The notes beneath the pieces are model-generated. The model was not told the origin of the DNA. It did not search any database and saw only the letters and a list, made by a program, of their open reading frames with translations. This document shows, in pieces, positions 39,535 to 49,792 of a stretch of DNA of 64,000 bases. The position numbers were made by a program, and so were the translations under genes. The DNA comes from Candidatus Latescibacterota bacterium (GTDB taxonomy: Bacteria > Latescibacterota > UBA2968 > UBA8231): assembly GCA_964291625.2 (NCBI GenBank), contig OZ220089.1, positions 1,600,001-1,664,000 of the forward strand, given 5' to 3'. Each line of letters opens with the position of its first letter. The first letter of the stretch is position 1.

Positions 39535-41244
39535 TCAGTTGGTGAGTAGCGTCGAGACCGTCGTTGAGGGCGGTCCCTCGTTCGGAGGTTGCCTGTAGTC
39601 CACGGCGGTGACCCGGTAGTGCCAGGCCTCGGATGCCGCATCCCGGTCCACGTACTGGGTCGCGTCCAGCGGATCCTCGTGCAGAGGCCGGAAGGGCCCC
39701 TCCGGCCCTGCCGCGCGATGGACGATGTATCCCCGCAACCCGGTGAGGGCCGTGCCGTCGGCGTCCGCCGCCGGCGGCCGCCAAGAGATCCGCAGGTCCC
39801 TTCCGCTGCAGACCACCCGGGGTTGCAGCGGCGCGCCGGGCGCCCACGTGTCGTGCAACTGCGCGGCCACGGCCAGCATCGCCGCCGTAGCGGCAATATG
39901 GGCCGCCTTCCCCTGGATGGAAACCTCCTTGTCGTAGTACGCGGCCATCGCCTCCCGGATCCGGTAGTCGTACCCGGCCAGGTAGAGGAACCCCCAGCCC
40001 CAATGGCCCCGGGCCTCGTCGAGATCGTTGGGGACGCCGTCCACGTAGTAGGTGAAGGCGGGTTCCTCGAGACTCCCGTTCCAGACCTTGTGGACGAAGG
40101 TGTTGGCCATCCTCACCAGGTCCGTCTCGGTGAAGCTCAGGCCGCTCCGCACCCCCTGCAGCGCCGCCTGGATGTCGATGAATCCATGGCCCACGTCCTC
40201 CATCAGGTCGGGCCAGGCGCTGTTGGGGCCGTACTTCCAGGTGTAGGCGTCCGCCGCCGCGTCGTGCTGCAGCTGATCGTGAAAGAACCGAAGCATCTGC
40301 TCGCTCTGCTCGGCGTAGAACGGCCCGAAGTCCTCCCTGTGGGGCGTGTAGTGGGGCGAGGTCGAGAGACGGCTCAGCGTCACGAGGGCATCGGTGAAGG
40401 AGAGGAACATGTTGAGAGGCTGGTTCTTCCACCCGGACCACTCATACAGGTGGTAGCCGCCGTTCTCGCCAAAGCGGCTGTTGTCCTCTTCGGTCCACCC
40501 CGGGTCCGGCTCCCAGTTGGCCTGCCACTTGGCGATCACGTCCTCTTCCACGATGCGTAGGAACTCGTCGGCCCTGGCCTTGTAGGACGGATGCAGGGCC
40601 GGATCCTGCCAGACCAGCTCGACGAAGGCCACGATGGGGCTGATGATCAGCCCGTCGTCGCTGAACCACTCGGTGTACTCGGGCGTGTACTGGCTGTAGC
40701 GCGCCTGCCCCCAGCCCTTGAACCCGTCCACGTACCGCGGATCGTAGCTCTCGTAGGGCGGCACGTCCGAGCGGGCTTCCAGAACGCGGTCGACCTGGGC
40801 CGCCAGCCTGTCGAGCCAGACCGTCTCGCCGAAGGTCCGGTAGAGGTTCAGGTACATCCGCTGCACGTACCCCGAGGGGGCCCACGCGTAGGTGCCCCCG
40901 TCGCGGCCGTCCAGGTACCGGTCACCGTGCTCTGCGTCCCACTCCACGAAGGCACGGTACCAGTCGGTGGTCGTGGCCGGCACGCTCGGCGCAGGCCCGG
41001 GCCCCGTGAAGGCCGAGGCGAAGAGGAAGAAGTCGGTGAAGTCGATCCGCTCGTCGTCGTCGAGGTCGAACCCGGACCCGAACCCGGGGTCGCCGCTCCG
41101 GGTCCCGAAGGCGGAGACGAAGAGGGCGAAGTCGTCGCGGTCGACGGTCCCGTTGGCGTCGAAGTCGGCGCAGGGACCCGCCGAGGCAGCCATCGCCGCG
41201 CCCGACGCCAGAGCGAAAAGCAGCAGGATGCGAAGGACGACCAC
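39535..41244 (-). CDS. secreted protein: dockerin-like EF-hand pair, aromatic-rich unknown domain, FN3-like C-terminus
   Basis: Signal peptide, [14 protein letters not shown] / [26 protein letters not shown]. Confidence 0.75.
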   Translation of the reverse strand: MVVLRILLLFALASGAAMAASAGPCADFDANGTVDRDDFALFVSAFGTRSGDPGFGSGFDLDDDERIDFTDFFLFASAFTGPGPAPSVPATTTDWYRAFVEWDAEHGDRYLDGRDGGTYAWAPSGYVQRMYLNLYRTFGETVWLDRLAAQVDRVLEARSDVPPYESYDPRYVDGFKGWGQARYSQYTPEYTEWFSDDGLIISPIVAFVELVWQDPALHPSYKARADEFLRIVEEDVIAKWQANWEPDPGWTEEDNSRFGENGGYHLYEWSGWKNQPLNMFLSFTDALVTLSRLSTSPHYTPHREDFGPFYAEQSEQMLRFFHDQLQHDAAADAYTWKYGPNSAWPDLMEDVGHGFIDIQAALQGVRSGLSFTETDLVRMANTFVHKVWNGSLEEPAFTYYVDGVPNDLDEARGHWGWGFLYLAGYDYRIREAMAAYYDKEVSIQGKAAHIAATAAMLAVAAQLHDTWAPGAPLQPRVVCSGRDLRISWRPPAADADGTALTGLRGYIVHRAAGPEGPFRPLHEDPLDATQYVDRDAASEAWHYRVTAVDYRQPPNEGPPSTTVSTLLTN

Positions 41245-41253
41245 GCCGAGACC

Positions 41254-42294
41254 TCAGCGCACCACCGGGTCCGTCCGTCCCCAGGCGTTGTGGCGCACCG
41301 TGACCCGGTCCTCGCAGACGATGGCGCCGCGCTCGGTCCGGTGGTGGAACCAGTTGTGCTCCACCACGGCCCGGTCCTCGGGGGTGCCGGAGATGAGGAG
41401 GGCGCGGCGGTTGGGGACACGGAAGGTGTTGTGGTGAATGTGCATCCAGCCGCCCGCGATGTCGGTGCCGTCCTGGCGGTCGCGGCCCCCGTGCATGTCG
41501 AAGCAATGCCCGAGGCTGCGGCCCATCTCGACGTTGTTGCGCGCCTCGTACCCCGAGCCGCTGCGGCCGGTGCCGGCGATGGAGTGGCGGTTGGCGTCGA
41601 AGAGGTTGCCCTCGATCAGCGTCTCCGCCTCGTCGAGGCAGACGCCGTACCCGAGGCCCTGGTACTGGTTGTGATGTATGAAGCAGTGCTGCACACGGTG
41701 GCCGTCGCCGGCCAGGATGTACACGGCCCCCAGGCTCCAGCCGGCCAGCTCGCAGTTGTCGACGCGCAGCCGGGGTTCCCGCGTCCGGATGCCGACGGAG
41801 GTGGGGAACCTGTAGTAGTACCCGGCGCCGCGGCCCTCGTAGTAGGCGCGGGAGTGGTGCTCCAGGCACTGGCGCGGGTTCGGCCCCTGCAGGCGCAGGC
41901 CGGTGACGCGCGCGTCCGGACCGGTCACCTGAATCAGGGGGTTGGTGGCGAAGGTGTCGGAGCGGATCAGGCCGCCGGGCGCCCCCCGGATGCCGCGGTC
42001 GCCGGCCAGGGTCACCCCGCCGGGCAGCTCCAGGACCAGCTCCTCCACGTGGACCCGCTCGGTGCACTCGATGACGGCGTCGCCCGCCACGTACACCGTG
42101 TCGCCGGCCCGGGCCGAGGCCAGGGCCTCGAGCAACTCGTCGAGGTGCCGCACCGGCGAGCCGGTGGGGCGCACGACCTCCCGGTAGCCGGCGCCGCCGC
42201 CGAGGGGGTAGCCGCGGGTGCCGGAAGCGCCGCAGGCCCGGCGGCCGCGGCCGGTCCGGGTCGGTCCGTGGAGGGTGGATCGGGCGTTGAACAT
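41254..42294 (-). CDS. right-handed parallel beta-helix repeat protein, copy 2
   Basis: Near-identical paralogue of 33526..34569. Confidence 0.8.
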   Translation of the reverse strand: MFNARSTLHGPTRTGRGRRACGASGTRGYPLGGGAGYREVVRPTGSPVRHLDELLEALASARAGDTVYVAGDAVIECTERVHVEELVLELPGGVTLAGDRGIRGAPGGLIRSDTFATNPLIQVTGPDARVTGLRLQGPNPRQCLEHHSRAYYEGRGAGYYYRFPTSVGIRTREPRLRVDNCELAGWSLGAVYILAGDGHRVQHCFIHHNQYQGLGYGVCLDEAETLIEGNLFDANRHSIAGTGRSGSGYEARNNVEMGRSLGHCFDMHGGRDRQDGTDIAGGWMHIHHNTFRVPNRRALLISGTPEDRAVVEHNWFHHRTERGAIVCEDRVTVRHNAWGRTDPVVR

Positions 42295-42446
42295 GGGCAC
42301 CGCCTGGCTCGGGTGGCCGGGGGAAGCCTAGGGTCTCCAGATTGCTGGGGCCAGAGGACCTCACGCCCTCGGCGCCCCCCCGCGCATGCCCGAGCCCCGG
42401 CTGTGCGGCGGTTCCGGCGCTGGCCATATTCCCGGCGGTGACGGCG

Positions 42447-42944
42447 ATGGACTTCACGATCACTCGACTTGCGGCCGAGGAGGGTTTGCGCCTGCGCACG
42501 ATCCGCCTGCGGTCACTGGCCGATGCGCCGGACGCCTTCGGCAGCACCTATGGCGAGGCCGCCGCCCGCCCGCCGGACACCTGGGCCGCCCAACTCCGGG
42601 AGATCCCCACCTTCGTAGCGGTCGTCGATGGGGAGGACGCGGGCATCGTGCGGGGCGCCCGCGACGACTCGCGGCCCGACACCGCCTGGCTGATCTCCAT
42701 GTGGGTGGCCCCGGAGGTCAGGGGACAGGGCGTGGGCGAGGCGCTGATCGACGCCGTCGTCGAGTGGGCGCGGGCCGGCGGCGCCCGGCGCCTGCTGCTG
42801 GACGTGGGGGACCACAACCGGCCCGCCATCGCCCTGTACGCCCGCATGGGCTTCGAGCCCAACGGGACGACCGGTTCCCTGCCGGCGCCGCGAGGCCACA
42901 TCCGCGAGCATCAGCGAGAGCTGATGCTCTCACCCCCGAAGTAG
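42447..42944 (+). CDS. GNAT family N-acetyltransferase
   Basis: MWVAPEVRGQGVG, N..AIALYARMGF. Confidence 0.9.
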   Translation: MDFTITRLAAEEGLRLRTIRLRSLADAPDAFGSTYGEAAARPPDTWAAQLREIPTFVAVVDGEDAGIVRGARDDSRPDTAWLISMWVAPEVRGQGVGEALIDAVVEWARAGGARRLLLDVGDHNRPAIALYARMGFEPNGTTGSLPAPRGHIREHQRELMLSPPK

Positions 42945-42953
42945 TAGTGCCCA

Positions 42954-42982
42954 TTGCTCTTGGTCTCTTGACTATCTATACT
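42954..42982 (+). promoter_or_regulatory. sigma-70-like promoter TTGCTC-N17-TATACT, leaderless
   Basis: -10 ends at 42982 and the ATG at 42989 sits at the expected +1 position. Confidence 0.65.
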
Positions 42983-42988
42983 ATGCAC

Positions 42989-43567
42989 ATGGATGACACA
43001 TCGCCCCAGATCGTCCTGGACTCCAAGCGCGTGGAGCTCGAGATCCGCCGGCGCGGCATGTCGGTGAAGGGCCTGGCCGAGACCCTGGGAGTCCACCGGA
43101 ACACGATCGGGAACTACCTCTCGGGCAAGGCGGGCCTGCCCCAGGGCCTTTCCAGGATCCTGGACGCCCTCGACCTGGCGCCCTCCGAGGTCCTCTCCTG
43201 GGACCGGCCGCGCCGCCGGATCCCCGGCCTGGCGGTGTCCGACCTCGTGGGCGCCCTGCACGCGGAGACTCCCGGTGCCGCCTTCATCCTCTTCGGCTCC
43301 CGGGCCCGCGGCGATGCCAGGCGCCATTCCGACTACGACCTCGGTCTCTTCAGCGACCCCGCGCCGGAGCTTCCCCTCTACTCGCGGCTCCTGGACCAGG
43401 TGGCGGAGTGGAACGAGGAGTCCCTGCTGACGGTGCAGCTCGTCGACTTCACGCGTGCGGAACCCGCCTTTCTGGCGGAGGTGGCGGAGGACGCCGTGTT
43501 CCTCGCCGGCTCCCATTCGGCATGGTGCGACTTCCTGCGAAAGGGGGGGACCCTCCTGCATGAATGA
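42989..43567 (+). CDS. Xre-HTH + MNT nucleotidyltransferase antitoxin
   Basis: MSVKGLAETLGVHRNTIGNYL (HTH); LFGSRARG...SDYDL (MNT). Confidence 0.85.
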   Translation: MDDTSPQIVLDSKRVELEIRRRGMSVKGLAETLGVHRNTIGNYLSGKAGLPQGLSRILDALDLAPSEVLSWDRPRRRIPGLAVSDLVGALHAETPGAAFILFGSRARGDARRHSDYDLGLFSDPAPELPLYSRLLDQVAEWNEESLLTVQLVDFTRAEPAFLAEVAEDAVFLAGSHSAWCDFLRKGGTLLHE

Positions 43568-43700
43568 CGAAAGGCTCAAGCAGTCCTTCGACCTCCTCGG
43601 GGCTGGCCCCGACGAGTGACGGGCGGCCCCCCCACCCGCTCAAGCCCGCAACACTGCCCAAGCTCTTCCAGGCCGCCTTCGCGTACGCCAGCTCTCTGAA
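43560..43700 (+). pseudogene. remnant of a HEPN (HI0074-like) partner gene
   Basis: ATG overlapping the MNT stop reads MNDERLKQSFDLLGLA and then stops. A PKLFQAAF-like fragment follows in another frame. Confidence 0.45.
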
Positions 43701-43728
43701 CGCCCGCACCGTACAACACCCCTCCACG

Positions 43729-43743
43729 GTTACAATCTGTTAC
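43729..43743. promoter_or_regulatory. OmpR/CpxR-type direct-repeat box GTTAC-N5-GTTAC
   Basis: GTTACAATCTGTTAC upstream of the response regulator; matching box at 47229. Confidence 0.55.
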
Positions 43744-43809
43744 ACAGCAGAAAAGACCCATTTACACTGCAAGGCTTCCTTCCCCTTACCAGAAGCAAGG
43801 ACTCATGGT

Positions 43810-44499
43810 ATGGCTTCAATACTGATCATCGACGATGACAAGGAACTCACCGACCTCTTGGAGACCTACCTGGGAGAATTCGGCTACCAGACAAGCGCTG
43901 TGCACACCCCGTCCAACGGTTTCGAGCTTCTTGGAAAGAGCGACTTCGACCTGGTCATTCTTGATGTCATGTTACCGGAACTGGATGGATTCAAGGTGTG
44001 CAAGACCATCCGCGAAACAAGTACCTTGCCCATTATCATGCTCACGGCCCGCGGGGAGATCACAGATCGTGTCGTCGGACTCGAACTGGGAGCAGACGAC
44101 TACCTTCCAAAGCCATTTGAAGCGAGAGAGCTGGTCGCCAGAATACAGGCAGTCCTCAGACGAGGGCACAAGCCGGCCGGGAAAGACCTTCTCCACGTGG
44201 GCGGTCTCAGAATCAGCCTGGAGAAGTACACCGCCACACTCGATGGCGCCGCCTTGAACCTCACAACAACAGAATTCGAAATGCTGGCTCTCCTCGTCCA
44301 AAGCCAGCGAAGAGTCCTCAGTCGAGACTATATCATGCAGAACATTCGAGGAGTAGACTGGGAGGCCTTCGACCGCTCAGTCGATGTCCTCATTTCCAGA
44401 ATACGCAGCAAGCTGAAAGACGACCCGAAAAACCCTCGCTACATACGAACGATTCGCGGTGCAGGGTACATGTTCCTCGGCGCCAGCGAAGCAGTATGA
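43810..44499 (+). CDS. OmpR-family response regulator
   Basis: ILIIDDD, LDVMLP, MLTARG, GADDYLPKPF, DRSVDVLISRIR, TIRGAGY. Confidence 0.95.
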   Translation: MASILIIDDDKELTDLLETYLGEFGYQTSAVHTPSNGFELLGKSDFDLVILDVMLPELDGFKVCKTIRETSTLPIIMLTARGEITDRVVGLELGADDYLPKPFEARELVARIQAVLRRGHKPAGKDLLHVGGLRISLEKYTATLDGAALNLTTTEFEMLALLVQSQRRVLSRDYIMQNIRGVDWEAFDRSVDVLISRIRSKLKDDPKNPRYIRTIRGAGYMFLGASEAV

Positions 44500-45842
44500 G
44501 ACTCTTGGATATCAAGCGCTCGCTCTTTCTGAGGATCTCCCTGCTGTTCCTCCTCACCGTCACGATCATGACAACCCTCCTTCTCTGGCTTGAGGACCGT
44601 GAACTGCGAAGAAGCATTCTACCCGCCATGTCAGGCCTCATGGTGAGGCACGCCCAAGGCATTGTAGCCGACCTGGGGCCACACCCCGATCCGAATCGAC
44701 TGCAACGAACAGCAGACAGCCTGCAGGTAGACATCAGGTATGAAAGCAACGGCGTCATCTGGGAGAGCGACCCCGACATGCAGGTGAAGAAGAGAGAGGC
44801 CATGATCCCCTATGAGGAGGATGATCGAGTCAGGATCATGATCAGCGAGGAAGGCGGAGGCATATTCGTAGATCTGCAATCAGACCATGGCGACTATCAG
44901 CTCAATCTCCTCAAAGCCGACCATCTACCTCAAGATGAACTCCATGATCTCATCTCACTTGGACTCGTCATATTCTCCTTCTTCGCCATCTACCTCACAC
45001 TTCGCAACCAACTCAAACCCATAAAAGCGCTGCATGAGGGCGTAAGGGAAATTGGGGAAGGCAACCTCGATTACGAGATCAAGACCAACAGCGTCGACGA
45101 GCTTGGCCAGCTCGCACTCTCGTTTAACCATATGACCCGGCGAATCCGTGAGTCCCTCCAGGCACGCGACCAGTTGCTGCTCGACGTAAGTCACGAGCTG
45201 CGCTCACCGCTGACCCGCATGCTGGTAGCCCTCGAGTTTCTCAAGGACGATAAGACCAGGCAGACCCTCCACAGAAACATCAAGCACATGGAAGCAATGG
45301 TGACGGAAGTCCTCGAAACCGAGCGCCTGAACAGCTCCTATGGAGGACTCCAACCCGAACCGATCAACATCCTTGATCTCCTGATGGATACGTGCAAGAA
45401 TTACCAGGACCAGAAGCCTGGCGTCGTCCTCCAATGCTCACCTGAAGACCTCATAGTGAGAGTCGACCCGACAAGAGTGACAACGGTCCTCAACAATCTC
45501 CTCTCGAATGCCACCAGACACTCCCACGCGAATGATCCCATCGAAGTCACCTGTGCCCGGGAGGAAGGGAAGATCCTTGTCAAGGTGCAAGACTCCGGAT
45601 CAGGCATCCCGAAAGAGGATCTACCCCACATCTTCGAGCCCTTCTACCGCGTGGACAAATCTCGCTCCAACCAGACTGGCGGCTATGGCCTGGGGATGAG
45701 CGTGTGCAAGAAAATCATGAAGGCCCACGGAGGAGGGATCGATATCACGAGCCAACCGAACAAGGGGACATGCGTCCTGCTCACATTTCCCCAAATCCGT
45801 GACCACACCCGCTCCGTTGTCGGTGCCCGGGTTGTCGACTGA
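44496..45842 (+). CDS. HAMP-domain sensor histidine kinase
   Basis: Two TM segments, DELGQL, SHELRSPL, NLLSNA, DSGSGI, GYGLG. Confidence 0.95.
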   Translation: MRLLDIKRSLFLRISLLFLLTVTIMTTLLLWLEDRELRRSILPAMSGLMVRHAQGIVADLGPHPDPNRLQRTADSLQVDIRYESNGVIWESDPDMQVKKREAMIPYEEDDRVRIMISEEGGGIFVDLQSDHGDYQLNLLKADHLPQDELHDLISLGLVIFSFFAIYLTLRNQLKPIKALHEGVREIGEGNLDYEIKTNSVDELGQLALSFNHMTRRIRESLQARDQLLLDVSHELRSPLTRMLVALEFLKDDKTRQTLHRNIKHMEAMVTEVLETERLNSSYGGLQPEPINILDLLMDTCKNYQDQKPGVVLQCSPEDLIVRVDPTRVTTVLNNLLSNATRHSHANDPIEVTCAREEGKILVKVQDSGSGIPKEDLPHIFEPFYRVDKSRSNQTGGYGLGMSVCKKIMKAHGGGIDITSQPNKGTCVLLTFPQIRDHTRSVVGARVVD

Positions 45843-45886
45843 CTGGCAGTAGAGACAATGAGGGCGCATCCACGTGGCCCCGAATA

Positions 45887-47122
45887 GGTACAAACCGGGT
45901 TGATTGGTAACACTCCTGACCGGGTTGATGGGTGACACTCCCCGGTATCTTGGACCGACCCCCCAGCAGGAGGTTGGTCGATGCCGTGGATGGAGACTGC
46001 ACCCGTGGAGCAGAGAGCGATTCATTGCCGATCACCGACCCGGTCACTTACGGCATCAGCCGCAAGACGGGCTACAAGTGGCTTCGACGACACGCCGAGG
46101 AGGGGCAGCCGGGCCTGCAGGATCGCAGCCATGCGCCGCACCACTGCCCCCACCGCCTGGAGCCGGAGATCGCCGGGCTGATCCTCCGGGCGCGGCGACG
46201 GCATCCCGACTGGGGGCCGCGGAAGCTGCTGGCCTGGCTGGCGCCTCGTCACCCGAGGATCTCGTCGTGGCCGGCGGTCAGCACGACGGGCGATCTGCTT
46301 GCCCGCGAAGGGTTGGTGAAGAAACGGCGGCGACGACGGCCCCGGCAGCACCCGGGGGCGGTACCGCCGACCACCGAGGCGGCAACGACCTGTGGACCGC
46401 CGACTTCAAGGGCCAGTTTCCCACCCGAAACGGCGTCTGGTGCTTCCCCTTGACGATCAGCGATCAGCACACCCGGTACCTGCTGAGCTGCCGAGCTCTG
46501 CCGGACACCAAGACCCAGGGCGCCCGACCGGTCTTCGAGCGGGCCTTCCGGGCGTTCGGGCTGCCTCGAGCCATCCGCACCGACAACGGGGTGCCCTTCC
46601 CCTCCCGAGGTCTGCAGGGGCTCGGGAGGCTCAACGTCTGGTGGCTGCGGCTCGGCATCCTGCATCAGCGGATCCGACCCGCCTCGCCGCAGGAGAACGG
46701 CCCCCGTCGGCCAACCCGACCGCCCAGCAGAGGGCCTTCTATCGCTTTCGGCGTCTCTACAACGAGGAGCGACCCCACGAGGCCCTCGGCGGCGACACCC
46801 CCGGGTCCAGGTACTGCGGGTCCCCTCGGCCGTATCCCCACCCGCTGCCGCCCATCGAGTACCCGGGCCACTTCGTCGTCAAGCACGTCACCCGGGCCGG
46901 CACCATCCGACTCCGGCACAAGCTGATCTTCCTGGCCCTGGCCTTGAGCGACCTCTACGTCGGCCTCGAGGAGGTCGGAGACGGCATCTGGGCCACCCAC
47001 TTCAACCAGGTCCTGCTCGCCACCGTCGACGAGAGGGACATGATCGTCCGGGAGTAACCCTGACCTCGAAGTGTTACCCATCATCCCGGTCTATTCTGTT
47101 ACCCATCAACCCGGTTGCTTCA
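45887..47122 (+). mobile_element. IS481-family insertion sequence with frameshifted transposase
   Basis: Left end AACCGGGTTGATTGGTAACA plus a second internal copy; right end TGTTACCCATCAACCCGGTT plus a second copy. Transposase fragments MPWMET, ISRKTGYKW, WGPRK, WTADFKG, IRTDNG, YNEERPHEAL lie in different frames. Possible AATAG duplication at 45883/47122. Confidence 0.9.
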
Positions 47123-47228
47123 ATAGCTTCTCATAACAACATCCCTCGATCATCTTCGCCTGAGGCAGGACCGAGCCTGCCTGGGCGCGAATTCCCCGTG
47201 CGCGCAACGGTCACGCCGTTCACATCCT

Positions 47229-47243
47229 GTTACAATTCGTTAC
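47229..47243. promoter_or_regulatory. second GTTAC-N5-GTTAC box
   Basis: GTTACAATTCGTTAC about 140 nt upstream of the radical SAM gene. Confidence 0.5.
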
Positions 47244-47383
47244 CCATCAGCAATCCTCAGTTAACAGCCGGACCGTAGTATTGGTTGTGCCGCTCGCGAG
47301 ATGACCACTCCACGGCGCAATACACAGTCCCTTGTGATGTTCACGGATTCGCGCAATCCGCGATACAGTGAGGATCTATCAGT

Positions 47384-48898
47384 ATGAAAGTCGGCATTAT
47401 TGATATTCTGTCTGATGAACTTTCGAGCACTTGGGGGAAAAGGTTCTATCGGTTTGTTTTTCAAAGGCAGTACATGAGTATCATGCCTCAAGCGATTGCT
47501 GTCTGGTGCCGACAACTCGGTCACAAGGTACACTACTGCACCTTCTACGGGCAGAAGGACCCACTACACCTTCTTCCCGACGACCTCGACGTGCTATTTG
47601 TGGCATCGTACACGCAGGCAAGTGCCATGGCCTACGCACTTGCCAAAGTATTTCGCAACAGGGGAACACTAACCGTAATTGGGGGCGCACACGCACGTTC
47701 CTTTCCAACCGACTGCCTGCGTTTTTTCGATCTGGTGGTGAGCGACTGCAGCAAGGAGCTGGTTGATGACATTCTGCGTGGTCACTATCATCCGCCGGCG
47801 GTGATCACCAGTGGTCGTCCGCTCATGGACTTCCCTTCGGTCGAGGAACGGATGCCGGAGATCAAGATCGCATCGTTTTACAATGGGAGGCCATCGTTCA
47901 CCAGCATCGTTCCTGTGCTCTCAAGTATCGGCTGTCCGTACACCTGCAACTTCTGTGTTGATTGGAACAGCAACTATTCTCTCCGATCAAAGGAAGATCT
48001 GTGCCGCGACCTCCACTACCTTTCACAGAACTGGCCGCAGTTGACTATCGGATATCACGATCCCAACTTCGCGGTGCGGTTCGACGAAACCATGGACGTC
48101 ATTGAGGCCGTGCCTGAAGGACAGCGAAACCCCTACGTTATGGAGAGTTCGCTATCAATCCTCAAAGAGAATCGCCTGGCGAGATTGAAGAAAACCGGGT
48201 GCCTGTATGTGGCACCCGGTATTGAGTCATGGGTCGAGTATTCCAATAAGTCGGGGGTTGGCCGCAAACAGGGGCAGGACAAGCTCGATCAGGTCGTTGA
48301 TCATCTAAAGACTCTGACCCACTATGTTCCCGGATTACAGGTCAATATGCTGTTTGGCAGCGACTCTGATGTTGGTGCTACCCCAGTGGCCCTGACCAAG
48401 GAGTTAATCAGGCGAGTCCCCGAAGCCTGGCCGACCATCAATATCCCTTGCCCGTTCGGCGGTACCCCTCTCTACGATCAGCTCTACCAAGAAGGTCGCA
48501 TACTGCGAGCTCTGCCATTTTGCTTCTACTACAAATCCATATCTGACCATCACGCTCAAGCATTACGATCCACTGAGTTATTACAGCCATCTTATAGAAT
48601 TCATAAGATGGTGATAGCAAAAGATATGCTATGGCAGCGGCTTTGTACGCCAATACGCCCCGTGATACGCCTCATACACGTCCTGCGGCATCTGGGACAC
48701 AAGACCATGTATGCGAGACTCCACCGCATCCATGGGATGCTTGCCTCAGATGCTAGATTCAGAGCCTTCCACGAAGGTCACTCGGATGGACTACCCGAAT
48801 TTTATCACCACTTGCTTGAACGCCGACTTGGGCGGTATGCCGAACTCCTATCCCATGAGGATCGTCACCCTGTTCTCCAGGAGCCGGTTTTGCACTGA
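47384..48898 (+). CDS. cobalamin-binding radical SAM protein
   Basis: VIGGAHA (B12-binding domain), GCPYTCNFC, PFGGTPLY. Probable compensating frameshifts at about 48535-48605. Confidence 0.88.
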   Translation: MKVGIIDILSDELSSTWGKRFYRFVFQRQYMSIMPQAIAVWCRQLGHKVHYCTFYGQKDPLHLLPDDLDVLFVASYTQASAMAYALAKVFRNRGTLTVIGGAHARSFPTDCLRFFDLVVSDCSKELVDDILRGHYHPPAVITSGRPLMDFPSVEERMPEIKIASFYNGRPSFTSIVPVLSSIGCPYTCNFCVDWNSNYSLRSKEDLCRDLHYLSQNWPQLTIGYHDPNFAVRFDETMDVIEAVPEGQRNPYVMESSLSILKENRLARLKKTGCLYVAPGIESWVEYSNKSGVGRKQGQDKLDQVVDHLKTLTHYVPGLQVNMLFGSDSDVGATPVALTKELIRRVPEAWPTINIPCPFGGTPLYDQLYQEGRILRALPFCFYYKSISDHHAQALRSTELLQPSYRIHKMVIAKDMLWQRLCTPIRPVIRLIHVLRHLGHKTMYARLHRIHGMLASDARFRAFHEGHSDGLPEFYHHLLERRLGRYAELLSHEDRHPVLQEPVLH

Positions 48899-48946
48899 GG
48901 TTTACAGGGGAAGACCAATTAATGCCCTTATGGACTGAAGGAAGTA

Positions 48947-49792
48947 ATGCTTGATCGAGTTGCGGCTACTATATCTGTTCTCTTCAGTCCATTCCTTATT
49001 GCGATGGCGTCAATTCTGCTGATCCTCCGCGTATATGGTGGAACTATGCAGGACAGGTTGTTATGGATAGTGGTTGCCATGCTGTTTGGCAGTGTACTTC
49101 CGATGCTTTTTATTCTGTTACTCTTCCGTTTAGGACAACTGAACGATGTCCGCCTGACTGTCCGAGAACAGCGCGCCAAACCCCTGATATTTTCCCTTGT
49201 GAGTTCCCTTGTTGGCACCGGCATTTTAGACCTCCTCAATGCACCAATGGAGATTATCTGGTTTGGCATTTCCTGTGTAATCAACGTGGTTTTTCTTACC
49301 CTAATCACGCAGGTGTGGAAAATCAGCTTTCACACCGGGGTTGCCGCAGGTTGTATGACAGGGCTCGCATCACTAATCAGTAGCCAGTTGTTCTGTCTGT
49401 TCCTCCTGTTGCCGTTCATTTCATGGGCAAGGGTTTACCGCAATAGGCACACCTTCCTTCAAACTATTGTCGCCGCACCGATCGCATTTGCAAGTACCGC
49501 AATAGTACTTCAGTTGAGCAATGAGGCCACACCTGTGGTCAGCGGAGCAGAGGTGGTCGTACACGACGATGAGGGCGCCGCCTACCTCTTCGCCGAGTCC
49601 TCGCGCAAACCCGGCATCTACGAAGACACGGACATGCGGCCGGAGGTCGGCAGGACCTACACCCTTGAGATCGACCTTGAGGGCGAATCCTATCGAGCCG
49701 GCGAAACACTACTTCCCGTGGCGCCCATCGACTCGATCTACCAGCAATTCGAGAAGCCCGATTCGTTCGCGGACGGAGGCATTCGAGAGTAG
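48947..49792 (+). CDS. PAP2-like multi-pass membrane protein, apparently fused at ~49520 to a DUF4249-like fragment
   Basis: About six TM helices with WKISFH and WARV...HT..Q, then an abrupt compositional switch to SGAEVVVHDD...GRTYTLEI...PIDSI. Confidence 0.65.
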   Translation: MLDRVAATISVLFSPFLIAMASILLILRVYGGTMQDRLLWIVVAMLFGSVLPMLFILLLFRLGQLNDVRLTVREQRAKPLIFSLVSSLVGTGILDLLNAPMEIIWFGISCVINVVFLTLITQVWKISFHTGVAAGCMTGLASLISSQLFCLFLLLPFISWARVYRNRHTFLQTIVAAPIAFASTAIVLQLSNEATPVVSGAEVVVHDDEGAAYLFAESSRKPGIYEDTDMRPEVGRTYTLEIDLEGESYRAGETLLPVAPIDSIYQQFEKPDSFADGGIRE

